A DNA stretch of 63,037 bases, filler included, from Neoconidiobolus thromboides FSU 785 (lineage: Eukaryota > Fungi > Entomophthoromycota): assembly GCA_025603075.1 (NCBI GenBank). It is 13 parts of 13 records of this genome, joined end to end, with 100 filler letters (N's around TTAATTAATTAA, not from the genome) between each part and the next. Parts side by side here need not be neighbours in the genome. Positions count along the whole stretch, not along the records: positions 45,422 to 48,131 come from MU626839.1; positions 48,232 to 49,981 come from MU626921.1; positions 50,082 to 51,484 come from MU626977.1; positions 51,585 to 53,538 come from MU626895.1; positions 53,639 to 54,983 come from MU626988.1; positions 55,084 to 63,037 come from MU626692.1; 7 more parts are not named here. The stretch is one strand, 5' to 3'. Of this stretch, positions 46,931 to 58,953 are shown piece after piece. Position 1 is the stretch's first letter; each line of letters starts with the position of its first letter. The position numbers and the translations under genes were made by a program. Under the pieces are notes generated by a model. The model did not search any database and was not told the origin of the DNA. It saw only the letters and a list, made by a program, of their open reading frames with translations.

Positions 46931-47598
46931 TCTGAGAACAGTTGGATGCTTTTTAGTTTACCTAATGCTTTAAAAACTATCTTTCTGTTATAAAATACTT
47001 AAAATATCCATCAACTATCAACTATCTTTTTTCTGTAATTCTTATAAACTTTTTAAATATTAAACTAATCAAATAGTTTCCTGCTATACTAAATTATAAT
47101 TTTTTAGTAAAATTCTTAAACATAAAAATACATTCCCATCTTATTATTTATTGATATAGCATACCACACTTTAATACCAATATAGAGCTTATTTATTATA
47201 ATAGTCTAAATTTATTAGACTTGTTTTTATTTTTATTTTTATTTTTATTTTTATATCTTATTCAAAGTCTAAAATTATATGATAATTTTTATTACTTAAT
47301 TTTTTAATAATTCTACCAAATATGTCTTTTTAAGTATTAATATAAAAACTTTCTTATTTTTGTTTTATTCTTAAATATTTTTAACTATGTAATAGACATA
47401 CATATTGTATAAATTTGTTTTCTTGCTATATTCTTAAAAAAATGCATCCCCATACTACTTTCTTTATTAAGTCTTGATAAAATAATTGGGTTATTAAGCA
47501 AATATTGCATGTGGTAATTTTAATTTTCTTGTTTTTGTTTTTTTGTATCTTTAATAGTAGACTGCAATACTAATATTTTATAGTTATCAAAAAAACAT

Positions 47599-47694
47599 GA
47601 GAATGTATTTTTATATTCAAGAATTTTACTAATTTTTCCACTCAAATAGCGCTTAAAAGATAGAAAAAATGCTGAAGCTAAAAAAAACATCCCC
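47599..47694 (-). mobile_element. MITE copy, reverse
   Basis: Reverse consensus ending AAACATCCCCATAT. Confidence 0.88.
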
Positions 47695-47845
47695 ATATAT
47701 TAGAGCTATAGTTGATAATAATTCTACTTACTGGTTCTTATTTTTTGCTTTTTTAAACCATTAATTGATTGAATTTATTATTATAGATAGTAAACTTTAG
47801 CATTCCTTTATTATTTTATTATAAAATTCTATAAACTTTGAGTTG

Positions 47846-48131
47846 TGTGAAACATCGCTTTGTCAGCTCCATGATTGATTGTAGCATAACAACCATCTAA
47901 GTTGTTGTGTTCTCGAGCTTCAGAGACAACCAATCCCACGCTCTTAGTTTGGTTTGCTATGAGAATTTCTAGCTCCATCCAAAAAGAATATTATCTTCTC
48001 ATTTTGATATCTATACTTTTCAGAGTATAAAAGAGTTTACAGAGTATAATAGTCCGAGGCTTTTTAACTGAATTATTACCTGATATCTCGAACATTTAAT
48101 AAAGCCACTAAGTTTTCTTAATAGTATTTTA
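47846..48131 (-). mobile_element. LTR 3' part, reverse, cut by gap 8
   Basis: TGTGAAACATCGCTTTGTCAGC..GAGACAACCAATCCCACGCTCTTAG..AAAGCCACTAAG = reverse complement of ~1945-2217. Confidence 0.85.
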
Positions 48132-48231
48132 NNNNNNNNNNNNNNNNNNNNNNNNNNNNNNNNNNNNNNNNNNNNTTAATTAATTAANNNNNNNNNNNNN
48201 NNNNNNNNNNNNNNNNNNNNNNNNNNNNNNN

Positions 48232-48526
48232 TGTAAAAGCTACATAAAATACTATCAGAAAGATTTAGTGGCTTTATTAAAGATAGGATGTTAACGGATA
48301 ATTCAGTTAAAAAGCCTGGAGTTACTATACTCTAAAATCTCTTTTATATTCTGACAAGTACAAATATCAAAATGAGAAGATAACATTCTTTGAGATGAAG
48401 ATAGAAATCCTCATAGCAAATCAAAGTAAGAGTATGGGATTGATTGTCTCTGAACTCGAGAACACAACAGCTTAGGCGATTATTATGCTATAGTTAACCA
48501 TAGAGCTGATAAAGCGATATTTCACA
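48232..48526 (+). mobile_element. LTR 3' part, forward, cut by gap 8
   Basis: TTAGTGGCTTTATTAAA..GAGAACACAACAGCTTA..GCGATATTTCACA. Confidence 0.85.
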
Positions 48527-48675
48527 ATAGGTTTTTAGTAGACTTTTTAACCTTTTTAGTATTTATTTTGATTCAATATTTCAAATATAAGGAATTTCTA
48601 ATTGTGTTACTCTTAAAAACGAATCAACTATATTAATAGTCAGTTAATTCATACTTGATTGAGTTTTTGCTATAT

Positions 48676-48771
48676 GGGGATATATTTTTGTGTCTAAGAA
48701 TTTTATTAACAATTTTTCCGCTCAAATAGCGCTTAAAAATGGAAAAAGTGATGAAACCAAAAAACATCCCT
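48676..48771 (-). mobile_element. MITE copy, reverse
   Basis: Reverse consensus, ATAT left flank. Confidence 0.88.
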
Positions 48772-49360
48772 ATATAGTTCTTAGTTTTTGTTTAAAGTAG
48801 AGTAGATGCATTTATACTAAATTGAAAATTATATAGGAAGGAGTTTCTGGTATATGCTTTTTTACTTTAAAAAGAAGTTACTATACTACCAATCCTTTTA
48901 ATAGCCAAGTAAACCTAAAATATAGTATTTTAACGTATGTTTTATAGGTTCTTAATACTTGTTAACAATTAATAACTATTATAGAAATTTAATAAAAAAA
49001 ACCCAAAATGCGAATTTTCGTTACATAATCTAATGTTTCAAAATCACACAATATAAAATAATTTTAGCATCCATTGAAGATGCTCGTTTTTTAATAAATA
49101 TACCTTTTAATAACCTACCTCCAACGCTTTATTTATATTGTCTCATTCTTTAACAACTTTATTAGTGTTTATGGGGAAAAAACTAAAAACCTATACAAAC
49201 CACTACATTTTAAGAATTTTTTTATTCGAAAACAAGTCTTACGATGTTTTATTTGAGAAAAAATAGGAAAGGTTCATTTTAAAAAATTTAAACAAATATT
49301 TAACAAAGTCAAATTTGATAAAAAAGCTTTAAGCCTCACTTTGTTTAATTTTGTTAAAAG

Positions 49361-49981
49361 TTATAGAGTTCGAACAAATGCATTAAAGCTTTTATCAAAA
49401 GCTTCCTGAGGTGTAAGGTGTTCTAAAGAATCCGGACTAGCATAGTTATTTAAATCGATATTAATAGTAAAAAACTTAGTTCTATTGGTAGTTTCTGATT
49501 CATCGCGAAACGTGTTCCTGGTAATAAATCTTAAATATATTTTTCTAAATGCCGAATGAATAGTAGGATCACAACAAAAAGCAATAAAGTTAAGAGTTCC
49601 TAACATTCCACCAGTAATAAGTGAAAAAATATCCAAATCATCAGACGCGATGTTAGCAAGGTCATAAGCTGTTTGATTTACTACCAACCCAGAATGAGAG
49701 ATAATCATAATTGTAGGATACAATAATCTAAAAAATATGTTAGCACAAATCTAATTTATATATACATACATTCTAAAACCCATAAGCTTCACGCTTTTAA
49801 CTGCCTCTACAGAAGCTGCTGATCCTCGAAATAACCGGAACTTTTTAACTAGCTCTGCCTCCTCGTTCAACTTAATTACAACGAAAACCACAACTATGAA
49901 TAAATAAATCATACAAACTATCATAATCAACATATTAGAATAGAAATGGAACATTTTTAGATAATTTTCATCATCTGTTGC
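49361..49981 (-). CDS. C-terminal half (about TM5-TM7) of a putative GPCR; 5' part in gap 9
   Basis: Hydrophobic TM5; after a GTATGT..GCTAAC..TAG intron, GFRILLYPTIMIISH (RxxxYP); TM7 GMLGTLNFIAFCCDPT and a soluble tail. Confidence 0.65.
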
Positions 49982-50081
49982 NNNNNNNNNNNNNNNNNNN
50001 NNNNNNNNNNNNNNNNNNNNNNNNNTTAATTAATTAANNNNNNNNNNNNNNNNNNNNNNNNNNNNNNNNNNNNNNNNNNNN

Positions 50082-50172
50082 TTTTTTTGATTTCATTACT
50101 TTTTCCACCTTTTAAGCGCTATTTGAGCGGAAAATTTGTTAGTAAAATTCTTAAACACAAAAATACATCCCC
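50082..50172 (+). mobile_element. MITE copy truncated by gap 9
   Basis: Near-consensus, ends CATCCCCATAT. Confidence 0.9.
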
Positions 50173-51324
50173 ATATGTTATTTTATACAATTTAAAAATC
50201 CGTACCAAAATATCAAACCTCCTAAGCGGCAGTCTCCATTGATAGTTTATATTAGATTACGAGGGTCTTTGTAACAAGCATTTAATCAATTTTTGTTGAA
50301 AACACGTCTTTATTCTTAAGACTTAGCTTTTTATAGATATCCTAATTAGCTATATAAAAGGCAAAAAGAAAACTAATACTACTTTAAAACCGTTATGCCT
50401 TACACACTTAGACAACTTTAAGTGCTTTTAATTAAATTTGTCTTATTTTATTGTAACTGTAATTAACTTTTGAACCAAAATGAAATAGCAAAGGGGGAGA
50501 ATACTACAAGTTGATAATGATTTAACAGTCATGTTAGGGGGTCATGATATCAAATCAAACCAATGTTATTAAGACATAACGCTAAAATCGTGTAATAAAA
50601 ATATAGATTATAAAGTATAAAAAGCAAAAAAAAAATTTAAAATATGAAATGTTACTTTTTATTAGGCTATTAAAAACGAACATTAAGTTGCTTTGTCTGT
50701 TTATTATTACTATTTCTACTGCATCTTAGTTTATTTCAATTATGTTTGGTGGTGAAGGTGACCCTCTCCTGTACCGTTAGCTGATATAGAAATTTTTTTT
50801 TATAGCTAAGGTTTTCCCTGTTTAATATAACCTCACCTTTTCTGTCTAATGTCTGGCTTATTATCTAAAAGATAAAATATCAATTATGATTTAAAAGATT
50901 TGAATAAAACTTATGTTTATAAAATCGACTGCATCATTTTAACTTTGACATAAAATAAATGAAAAATTGATATTTCTAGGAGATCATAGAAGTCTTTTCT
51001 TAAGACAAAAGTCAGTCACTTCTACCCTCTTTTTCTTTATTATTTTTCTCACCATAACTACTAAGTCCACTAGATAATGATTCTTTCCTATACTTTCAGT
51101 AGAAAACAGCCCCTAAGTGCTCCTTTAACAGCTGTTGCATTACCTAATTGAATCATCTAACTCTTGAACTTTTATTCAGTATCAAATTTATAAGTCTCTA
51201 CTTTAATTTTTGTAATAAATTAGCGTTTTTTTAAATTATGCAACTATATAGTTAATGTTAATTATAGTTAAAATGGTTTTTAAATTCACAGTACTTAGTA
51301 ATAATAAGAGATCAACAGTTATAT

Positions 51325-51423
51325 GAGGATATATTTTTGTGTCTAAGAATTTTACTAACAAATTTTCCGCTTAAATAGTGCTTAAAAGATGAAAAAAGTA
51401 ATGAAGCTAAAAAAAACATCCCC
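51325..51423 (-). mobile_element. MITE copy, reverse, abutting an LTR end
   Basis: GAGGAT...CATCCCC, then AT and TGTGAAATATCGC. Confidence 0.88.
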
Positions 51424-51425
51424 AT

Positions 51426-51484
51426 TGTGAAATATCGCTTCGTCAGTCCCATGGTTAATTATTTTGATTTGTTATGAGAATTTC
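51426..51484 (-). mobile_element. LTR 3' end with internal deletion, cut by gap 10
   Basis: TGTGAAATATCGCTTCGTCAGTCCCATGGTTAATT..TATGAGAATTTC. Confidence 0.75.
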
Positions 51485-51787
51485 NNNNNNNNNNNNNNNN
51501 NNNNNNNNNNNNNNNNNNNNNNNNNNNNTTAATTAATTAANNNNNNNNNNNNNNNNNNNNNNNNNNNNNNNNNNNNNNNNNNNNAGCTTGTAAATTTTGT
51601 AAAGTGATTGGAATTCTATGGGGATATTGAAGTTGTTCATGTATTCTAGAATAAAACAAATCAAATAAATAGCTTGTCACTTTATTTATTTCTATATGAT
51701 TTAACCCAGCTAGCAAAGCACACATATTCAACCTTAAGCCCTTTGAATTAAAGTCAAACTGCAATTTATTAGGTATTGAAAATATAC

Positions 51788-51880
51788 GAGGATGTTTTAG
51801 TTTCATTACTTTTTGCATTTTTAAGTGCTATTTGAATGGAAAGATTATAATAAAATTCTTAAACAAAAAAACACATCCCC
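51788..51880 (+). mobile_element. MITE copy
   Basis: Family core, CATCCCCATAT end. The listed ORF 51537-51818 is its antisense read. Confidence 0.85.
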
Positions 51881-52098
51881 ATATTTTTATTATACTTAGA
51901 ATTGTTCTCATATGCTTGTGATAATACACTATTTAAATTACTGATTTTTTTAATTGATTTTAAAAGTTGAAACTTTTTTTAAATATAAAGCATACCAAAA
52001 CAATCAAAGAGCGATATCATTTTCAAGGTATTGCAGTCTGAAACAAAGGGATTGGTGCATTGTGAATAAATCCTTGAATCTTCTAATAAATGTTTAGA

Positions 52099-52482
52099 CT
52101 AAAGCTTTTTAAACACGTAAATAGGTATATGAACAAGATTAAAGTTTTTTGATAGTAATAGAATCTGTGGCTTGCGTCTTATAATTACTAGTGAAAGGTT
52201 GTATTTTGTGTTTTTATTATTAACTTTGAATGCTGTTGTATTACTTTTTATATGATATAAGTCCTTTTTTAGCATTGGGTTTCTTTCATAAATGCATTTA
52301 CTTTGAATCTTAATACATCTTGAACACTTTGGTATAAGTCTATCGTATGCCCGATATCCTCTAAAGCATTGGCTACATCTAGTGTGATTTTTAATTTGGA
52401 TTATAGTATTAACTAATATCAAGTTAGATAGGTTACCTAGCTTTTTCATGACCCGAATTTCATTCGACTTTGGTTGTTCCAT
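52099..52482 (-). CDS. Small Zn2Cys6 (GAL4-type) protein with third Cys replaced by Tyr; possibly decaying
   Basis: CSQCFRGYRAYDRLIPKCSRCIKIQSKCIY: Cx2Cx6(Y)x6Cx2Cx6C. Confidence 0.6.
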   Translation of the reverse strand: MEQPKSNEIRVMKKLGNLSNLILVNTIIQIKNHTRCSQCFRGYRAYDRLIPKCSRCIKIQSKCIYERNPMLKKDLYHIKSNTTAFKVNNKNTKYNLSLVIIRRKPQILLLSKNFNLVHIPIYVFKKL

Positions 52483-55083
52483 TTATGTTACTATAAATAA
52501 AAATAAACTCAATCTTTGTGGATTTTAGAGGTAACTTGTTACTTAATCTTTACTTCAAGGTGCCTGTAATTATTTTTAATAAATGGGATTTCATTGTAAA
52601 TTAACCGTTTTTTGTTTTTTGTCATTTCTTTTCAATTTTATATAAATAGTTTATTTATTAGACTTTTTTCAATAAGTTGATTTAACACATATAATTACTT
52701 TATGTATTATTTTAGGGCTTGGCTTGAGTATATGAAAATTCTTTGCAAAAGCTTTTTTATTTATAGAGAAGTAGACACCTCCATCGGATACTATATGAAA
52801 AAAACGATAGGTTAATAAATTAATTGGATTATTATATTTTACCAATGACTTCATTTTATTAAAAATATGTAGAATATGACTTTTCGGATTTTAATTATAT
52901 AGTTTACCTTTATGGTTAATCATCCCTTCTGCTTTAAATTATACTGAATATTAAAATGTAATAAAAGCTACTTTTATTAAAACCCTAAATACCCTTTCAA
53001 TAGGATTCTGCCTTTGCGTATAATCAATATGTGGATTTTATTAACCTTTGATTTAAATTGGTATAGCTCGTTTTTATTCCTAATAAATGATTTTTGATTT
53101 TAGAAATATTAAAACAGTTTATACTAAAATTTGTGCTTTACTGCATATTGTAAATAGAAAATTTTAATAAAATATTGTTGTACTATAGGCATTTTAATTT
53201 TCTATTATCTTGTTTAAGTAAAGATATAAAAGTGTATTTAAAGCATTTTGGGTTTTTAATTGATAGCCAGGCGACAGCAAAAGGGAATATAACATGATCG
53301 AAGCTAACAGAGGGAAGAGCAATTAATGAAGGTGAGTTTCAAAGATTAACAAGGCATAAAGCATTCAATTATCAACCAGGTAAAATATATAATAACAACT
53401 CCCACCTTAAGCAGGATGTAGCATTTTAAATTCCGAATGGCGCTTACATTTTGGATCCGTCTTAGCCAGCAATTGATGTAAAATAAACGCTTCATTTTGT
53501 AAGCCTGTGATTTTCAAATAAAGAGAATGATTTTCTTGNNNNNNNNNNNNNNNNNNNNNNNNNNNNNNNNNNNNNNNNNNNNTTAATTAATTAANNNNNN
53601 NNNNNNNNNNNNNNNNNNNNNNNNNNNNNNNNNNNNNNCTCGGCAATATATTTGACATATTCGTCAGATACCATATTGATTTATAAAATTAGTTTCGATT
53701 TACTGATTTCAAACTTCACCTTTAAATTTTATTGAGTTATATTGTGATATTTTATACTCTCATTTCAATTTAGATAGATATTCTTGTTTTGACAAATATT
53801 AGCTACTATAGTACCCCTTATTGATTTTTGGATGGTAGAAATAAGCTAAGCATGAACGGTCATCCTTATGATATCAATAAGTGATATAGAATTACTATAT
53901 ATGGGCTACTTCAAACGCAAGGTTCTAATATTTTCCAGCTCAATTCTTTATTCAATTTAGATTTCAATATTTATTCAAGTCTATTGGCAGCCCTCAGAAA
54001 ATAAATATTACAAATTTATTCACAAATAAAATGAAAGTACCATAATGCATAGATACAGAATTTATGCTATTCAAATTCAAGAATAAAATATTACGAACAT
54101 TTAATTAATTTAGAACAATGAATAGCTTTTTAGTTTTTGATAGCTAATTCTATCAGCATTTCTTGACGCGTTTAACTGAGAGTAATAAGAGCTTATTTAT
54201 CAAACATTTAAAAAAACTCTTAAAAGCATATGAAAAATGAAGTAAAATAAATACAAATTATATTATCTTTTCTTTCATTATAAAAATTTTGCTATGCTAT
54301 TTCTTAATTTTTAAGAATCAATTTCTGTTTAATCAGCTATCCTGAGAAGCTTCAAAAACCATTTTAGTAGTAAGCCTTCTAACTTTTAGAAAATACGAAT
54401 AGTTATATAATAACAGCCTTTTGAAACACTCTTCTGCCAATATTTCCCAATATTTTTCATAAATAAATTTGAAACTTGTTAATGAAATATAGACTTTTTT
54501 AACTCTTAACTTTGAAATTTTATTTTTCTCCTTTTAAAATGCTCTTAATAAAAAAAAATCTATGTAGCTGCTTTTTATTTAATGTTTCAAATTACCCATT
54601 TGATATTATGTTTTTTATATTTATTGCACCTTTTATGTTAAACAACTTTAGTTTTTATAATCTAAAATAAATGTATATTGAAATAGAACGTTATAGGGAT
54701 AACTTAGTAGCTTTTTATCTATATCTCAGAACTTTGTAAGATTTCAACACAATGATTAAATATTATTATTATTATGTTTTGATATTTCATAATTTTCTGA
54801 CATATAGAGAAAAAGCTACTTAGCTATATAAATAATAGAAAAGCGCTTACTTTTCAGTCAACTTTACTTATAGTTTTATAAAAAGCTTATACGTTGTTAT
54901 TATTAGTTAGAGTTAACATTATAAACTTTGAATAATTTCGGTAAGCATTTTACCATCTACTTTCTCAGTGAAAGTAAACGAAGNNNNNNNNNNNNNNNNN
55001 NNNNNNNNNNNNNNNNNNNNNNNNNNNTTAATTAATTAANNNNNNNNNNNNNNNNNNNNNNNNNNNNNNNNNNNNNNNNNNNN

Positions 55084-55398
55084 TTCAATAGGGTATTTAC
55101 CGATCTCTTTAATTAGCTTATCTTTAATGATGTTGTAACTCAATTCTCTATAATAATCTGGAATATAAGTCTTTGTAATATGAAAACCTCTAGGTGGTGG
55201 GTTGACGTTAATATCCATATTATTACGTATTACTTTTAAGCTTTGACCTGGTTTGAAGTCCATACTCTTTTTGATGATGTTGTAGATTAAGTGGAACTTT
55301 AAATCCCAGGAAGCCAATGGTGCTCCCTTGGTTACATGCAAATAACCGGTGTCAAAGACTGTGTTCAATAGTCCAGTGATGAACTTTATACGATCCAT
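55084..55398 (-). CDS. 5' end of a probable alpha/beta-hydrolase (lipase/esterase-like) gene, running into gap 12
   Basis: Open frame MDRIKF..KGAPLASWDLKFHLIYNIIK; the PLxSWxxxxHL leader resembles early-diverging fungal AB-hydrolase-3 proteins as I recall them; catalytic region not visible. Confidence 0.5.
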
Positions 55399-55864
55399 GA
55401 TAGCTTAATAAAAAATCAAATTGCAAAAATTTTCTCAAAAGCTTTTATATCTTTTTTGTGATAATTGTTAAAATTAGCCCCTTTACTGATTTTATGACAT
55501 GTTTTAAGCTTGCTTTTTTTAGTAATTTCGGTGACAACGTTTAGCCACGATACATTGGTTTTTGATCTTAATTAATTTAGTGTAATTATAAGATAGTTTG
55601 ATATTGATATTGATATTAGTATTATATTTTTTAATCCTATATAGTTATCTAAAATGATAATAATTAATAACAACAGAATAACAATATGATCTATTCCTTG
55701 TTAGATAGCACTGCCATAACTTTGAATATTCCTTATCCGAAAAATTCATTTTAATTAAACCAATAATATCATAATATACTAAGTGAGCCTTTTTCAATTT
55801 AATTAATCTCAAAGAAGAAAAATCAAAATCCCGAACTTTTTCCCTAACAATAACTTATAAATAA

Positions 55865-57543
55865 ATGGAACAATTAAACGATATTGAAAATTATATAGAT
55901 TCAACCAAACAGATATTTAAGGATCATGAGCTATTATTTCAACTACCTATCATCAATTTTTTGCATTTAAAAAATTATAATCTTTTACAACAAGATTGGC
56001 TAAAGTTAACAGTTTCAGATGCTATTATTGAAGGTAAAGAATTACAAGAAAGTGAATTCATTGATAGGTTAATTGATTCAGTTGCTAATGGCACAATTTA
56101 TGTAAGTCCTTTCAATACAAATTTTATAATATTAATCGGATTTCCTATTTTTCAGCCAGAATATCCTTCAACTCTAGCTAATTTAATACAGTCCTGCCAT
56201 GCTTCAAGTTTACAAAGCTGGTATAAGAAAGAAGAGCATAAAGACCGATACCAACAGCAAGTAATATATTATTAATCTAAAAATAGAAGGTTTGTCAAAT
56301 TAACAGTACTTCTTGCATAGAATTTTGTAAACAAAATTAGAAAAAAGTACTTGACCAAGATGAACCCAAAGAAGATTCATGAGGTAAGTTGATGAGTTAC
56401 TATTTATAGTGCCGTAATAATGACATACTTTTTTATAGGTTGGTTTGATGAGTCAGCTAATCGGTGATATCTGTAAAAAGAATGAAATCAATAGTATGGT
56501 AGATATCGGGTCGGGACAGGTAAGAAGATAATGAATAGTAGTAATAAACTAATAAACTTATTAATTAGGGTTATTTAACTCGTTTAACAAGTTATGAAAA
56601 CAAAATAGAAGTGATAGGACTTGATGGGGATAGTAGACAAACTATTGGAGCAAAAAAAATAGATGAACAATATAAGAAATGGGATAATATACAAACGGAA
56701 CATTTTACTTTAATTATTAATCAAGAGAATTATGAGGAGTTTCATGAATTAGTGGGAAAGCAGATAAATGAAAAACCATTTTTGATATCTGGCTTACATA
56801 CCTGTGGTTATTTAGCTTACTCTATTTTGGACCTATTTCTAAAGTCAAATGCTAATGCCCTTGTGTCTGTACCTTGTTGTTATAATAAGTTATTACCTTC
56901 ATTAAATGGATGTTGTAAGTTTTCCTATTTACTGTCTCGTCATTGAGTATGAACAATAATTCTCTTTTTTAGTTGAGCCCAGATCTAAATTCTTGCAAAA
57001 AAAAGAGTTCAAAATAGACCGTTTAGGACTCAAGATGGCTTGCCAATCCCCTTTCAATTGGAGTCAAAATAAAAGGAACTGTTATGAGTTTTTTAAAAGA
57101 CATTTTTATAGGGCTATGTTACAAGTAAGTGATTATTTTAATTTATAAAGTTTATATCATAATTTATTTAAAACTAGGAATTAATCTATACAGAAGGTTA
57201 TAAAAATGAAAACGAAGAGATAGAAAGCATCGGTAAAATGAGCATGTTAGAATACGCTAATTTTTCAATATATTGCCATTCAAGTTTCAAAAGGTTAAAG
57301 TTGGCGCCATTACCAACAGAAGAAGTAATACAAAGTTATTATTTAAAAAACTTAAAATATTACAATACAATTGCTTTGCTGTGGTCTTGTCAGGCTTTAT
57401 TAGCTCCTTTGATTGAGTCAGTGTTGTTGTTGGACCGCTATCTTATCTTACAAGAAGAGGGTTGTGAGGTAGATTTAATTCCTTTGTTTGACTTATTGGT
57501 ATCTCCAAGGGCCTTTGCTTTAGTTGCTACTAAAAAAAAATAG
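55865..57543 (+). CDS. METTL25/RRNAD1-like SAM-dependent methyltransferase, multi-exon
   Basis: KMNPKKIHE, VDIGSGQGYL, VIGLDGD, GLHTCGYL, VSVPCCYNKL, FYRAMLQ, LIESVLLLDR..LFD..VSPR. Confidence 0.85.
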
Positions 57544-57637
57544 AATAATAGAATATAAAACAATGAGAATAGAATATGAATAAAACAAATTAAATTAAGC
57601 TTAAAAAACAAAAAAAGTTTATTTGTTAATATAGTAA

Positions 57638-58953
57638 CTATTTTGACTCCGCTTGACTCCTTTGATTCCTTTGTGGATTACGAGTATTGTTATTTCTTCT
57701 CACACTGTTGTTTTTATTTTCAGTGGTGTTACTTTCACCTTCATTAGCTTTATTAGCTTTAAATGCATTTGAATAATTATTGTTTCTCTTATCTACAGTC
57801 TGGCTAGAATTTTGTCTAGAATGTGCTGGTTTAAATTGTTTATTTTCAACTGTGACACTTTCACCTAATATATTGAACTTAGCCTGAGCTAACGCTTTAT
57901 TACTAGCTTCTAAGGCTACGAACTCAACAGATCCAACCCCATTCTTAACATCTACATTTTTGATAGTTCCGAAGATAGAAAAGGTATCATGGACCACTTT
58001 CTTAATATTACTATTACCACTTGTTTCCTTGTTTAATTTAAAATAGATTCCAAATGTAGCGCTGGTAGCAGCAGTAGTATCTACTGGTGATACAGTGCTT
58101 GGTTTAGCGGATGGGGTATTTGTTCCAGTAGAGGAGGCTGAGGTAGCATTTGGTGTATTGCTGTTGCTACCCCATTTGGAGTTATTGCTTGACACCATGG
58201 TAGCCCATGTCTTTGGCTGATTTGATTTACTTTCAGTAGCTGGTGCAGCTTCGTTTGTTTTTGATTCAGTAGCCACTTTCTTTTCTTCTTTAATCTCATT
58301 AACAACAGGTCTCTTTTCTTCTTCTGCTTTAACTGGGGTGATAGTAGTAGCGGTAGCAGGAGCAGCAGTGACAGCTGGTTCTTTGGCTACAACAGGAATG
58401 GGTTTAACAGTAGTAGTTGCAGCTGGAACTTTACTAGCAGTTACTACTTTGGATGAAAGATAACGGAATATATCATTAAGGATATGGAATCTCCCTTCTT
58501 GTTCAGCTAATATAAAAGTTTGTACAAATCTTAATGGGCCATCTACTTTATTAGTGATCTCTCCCATAGATTGAATCACAATAACATTATTTAATGAAGC
58601 TTGGACATCTACGTTAGTAATAAGAATTTTTGATTCTTCACATTTAAATTCTTGATATCTTTGACTGATTTCCTGTTGTTGAAAATTACTTAGTTTCATT
58701 ATTATATTAAAATGTTGCAAATTACCTCACGAGTTTTATTTACTGGAGCAAATTCACCTTCATAACCACGTACCATTTTAGCTTGTTGGCCGTAAAATAA
58801 ATGGATGGATTTTGGTTTGCTATTGAAAATGGTATAATATTGTTGTACAAATAACCATCCAATATCATAGGTATCGGGTAAGTCTGATTTGACATTGTTG
58901 GCTGTGCTGTTGGTTCCTTGATTCGTATTGGAAGGTCCGGCCATGTTTTGCAT
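57638..58953 (-). CDS. G3BP/Nxt3/Bre5-like protein (NTF2 domain + RRM); intron 58725-58673
   Basis: IGWLFVQQYY..IHLFYG, FVQTFILAEQ..ILNDIFRY; PKTWATMV; RRM with FGTIKNV and VEFV; start at 58953 or 58944. Confidence 0.88.

Noticed and set aside
29302-47253. Simple repeats (AATATTT)n at 29302 and 42583, (AAAAAT)4 at 45153, (TTTTTA)5 at 47224
   Set aside because: Expected slippage products in very AT-rich DNA
47846-48526. DIRS-type element with inverted terminal repeats
   Set aside because: The same repeat occurs as a TG..CA solo unit with a 5-bp TSD at 1778-2217, typical of integrase-type LTR elements; no tyrosine recombinase seen
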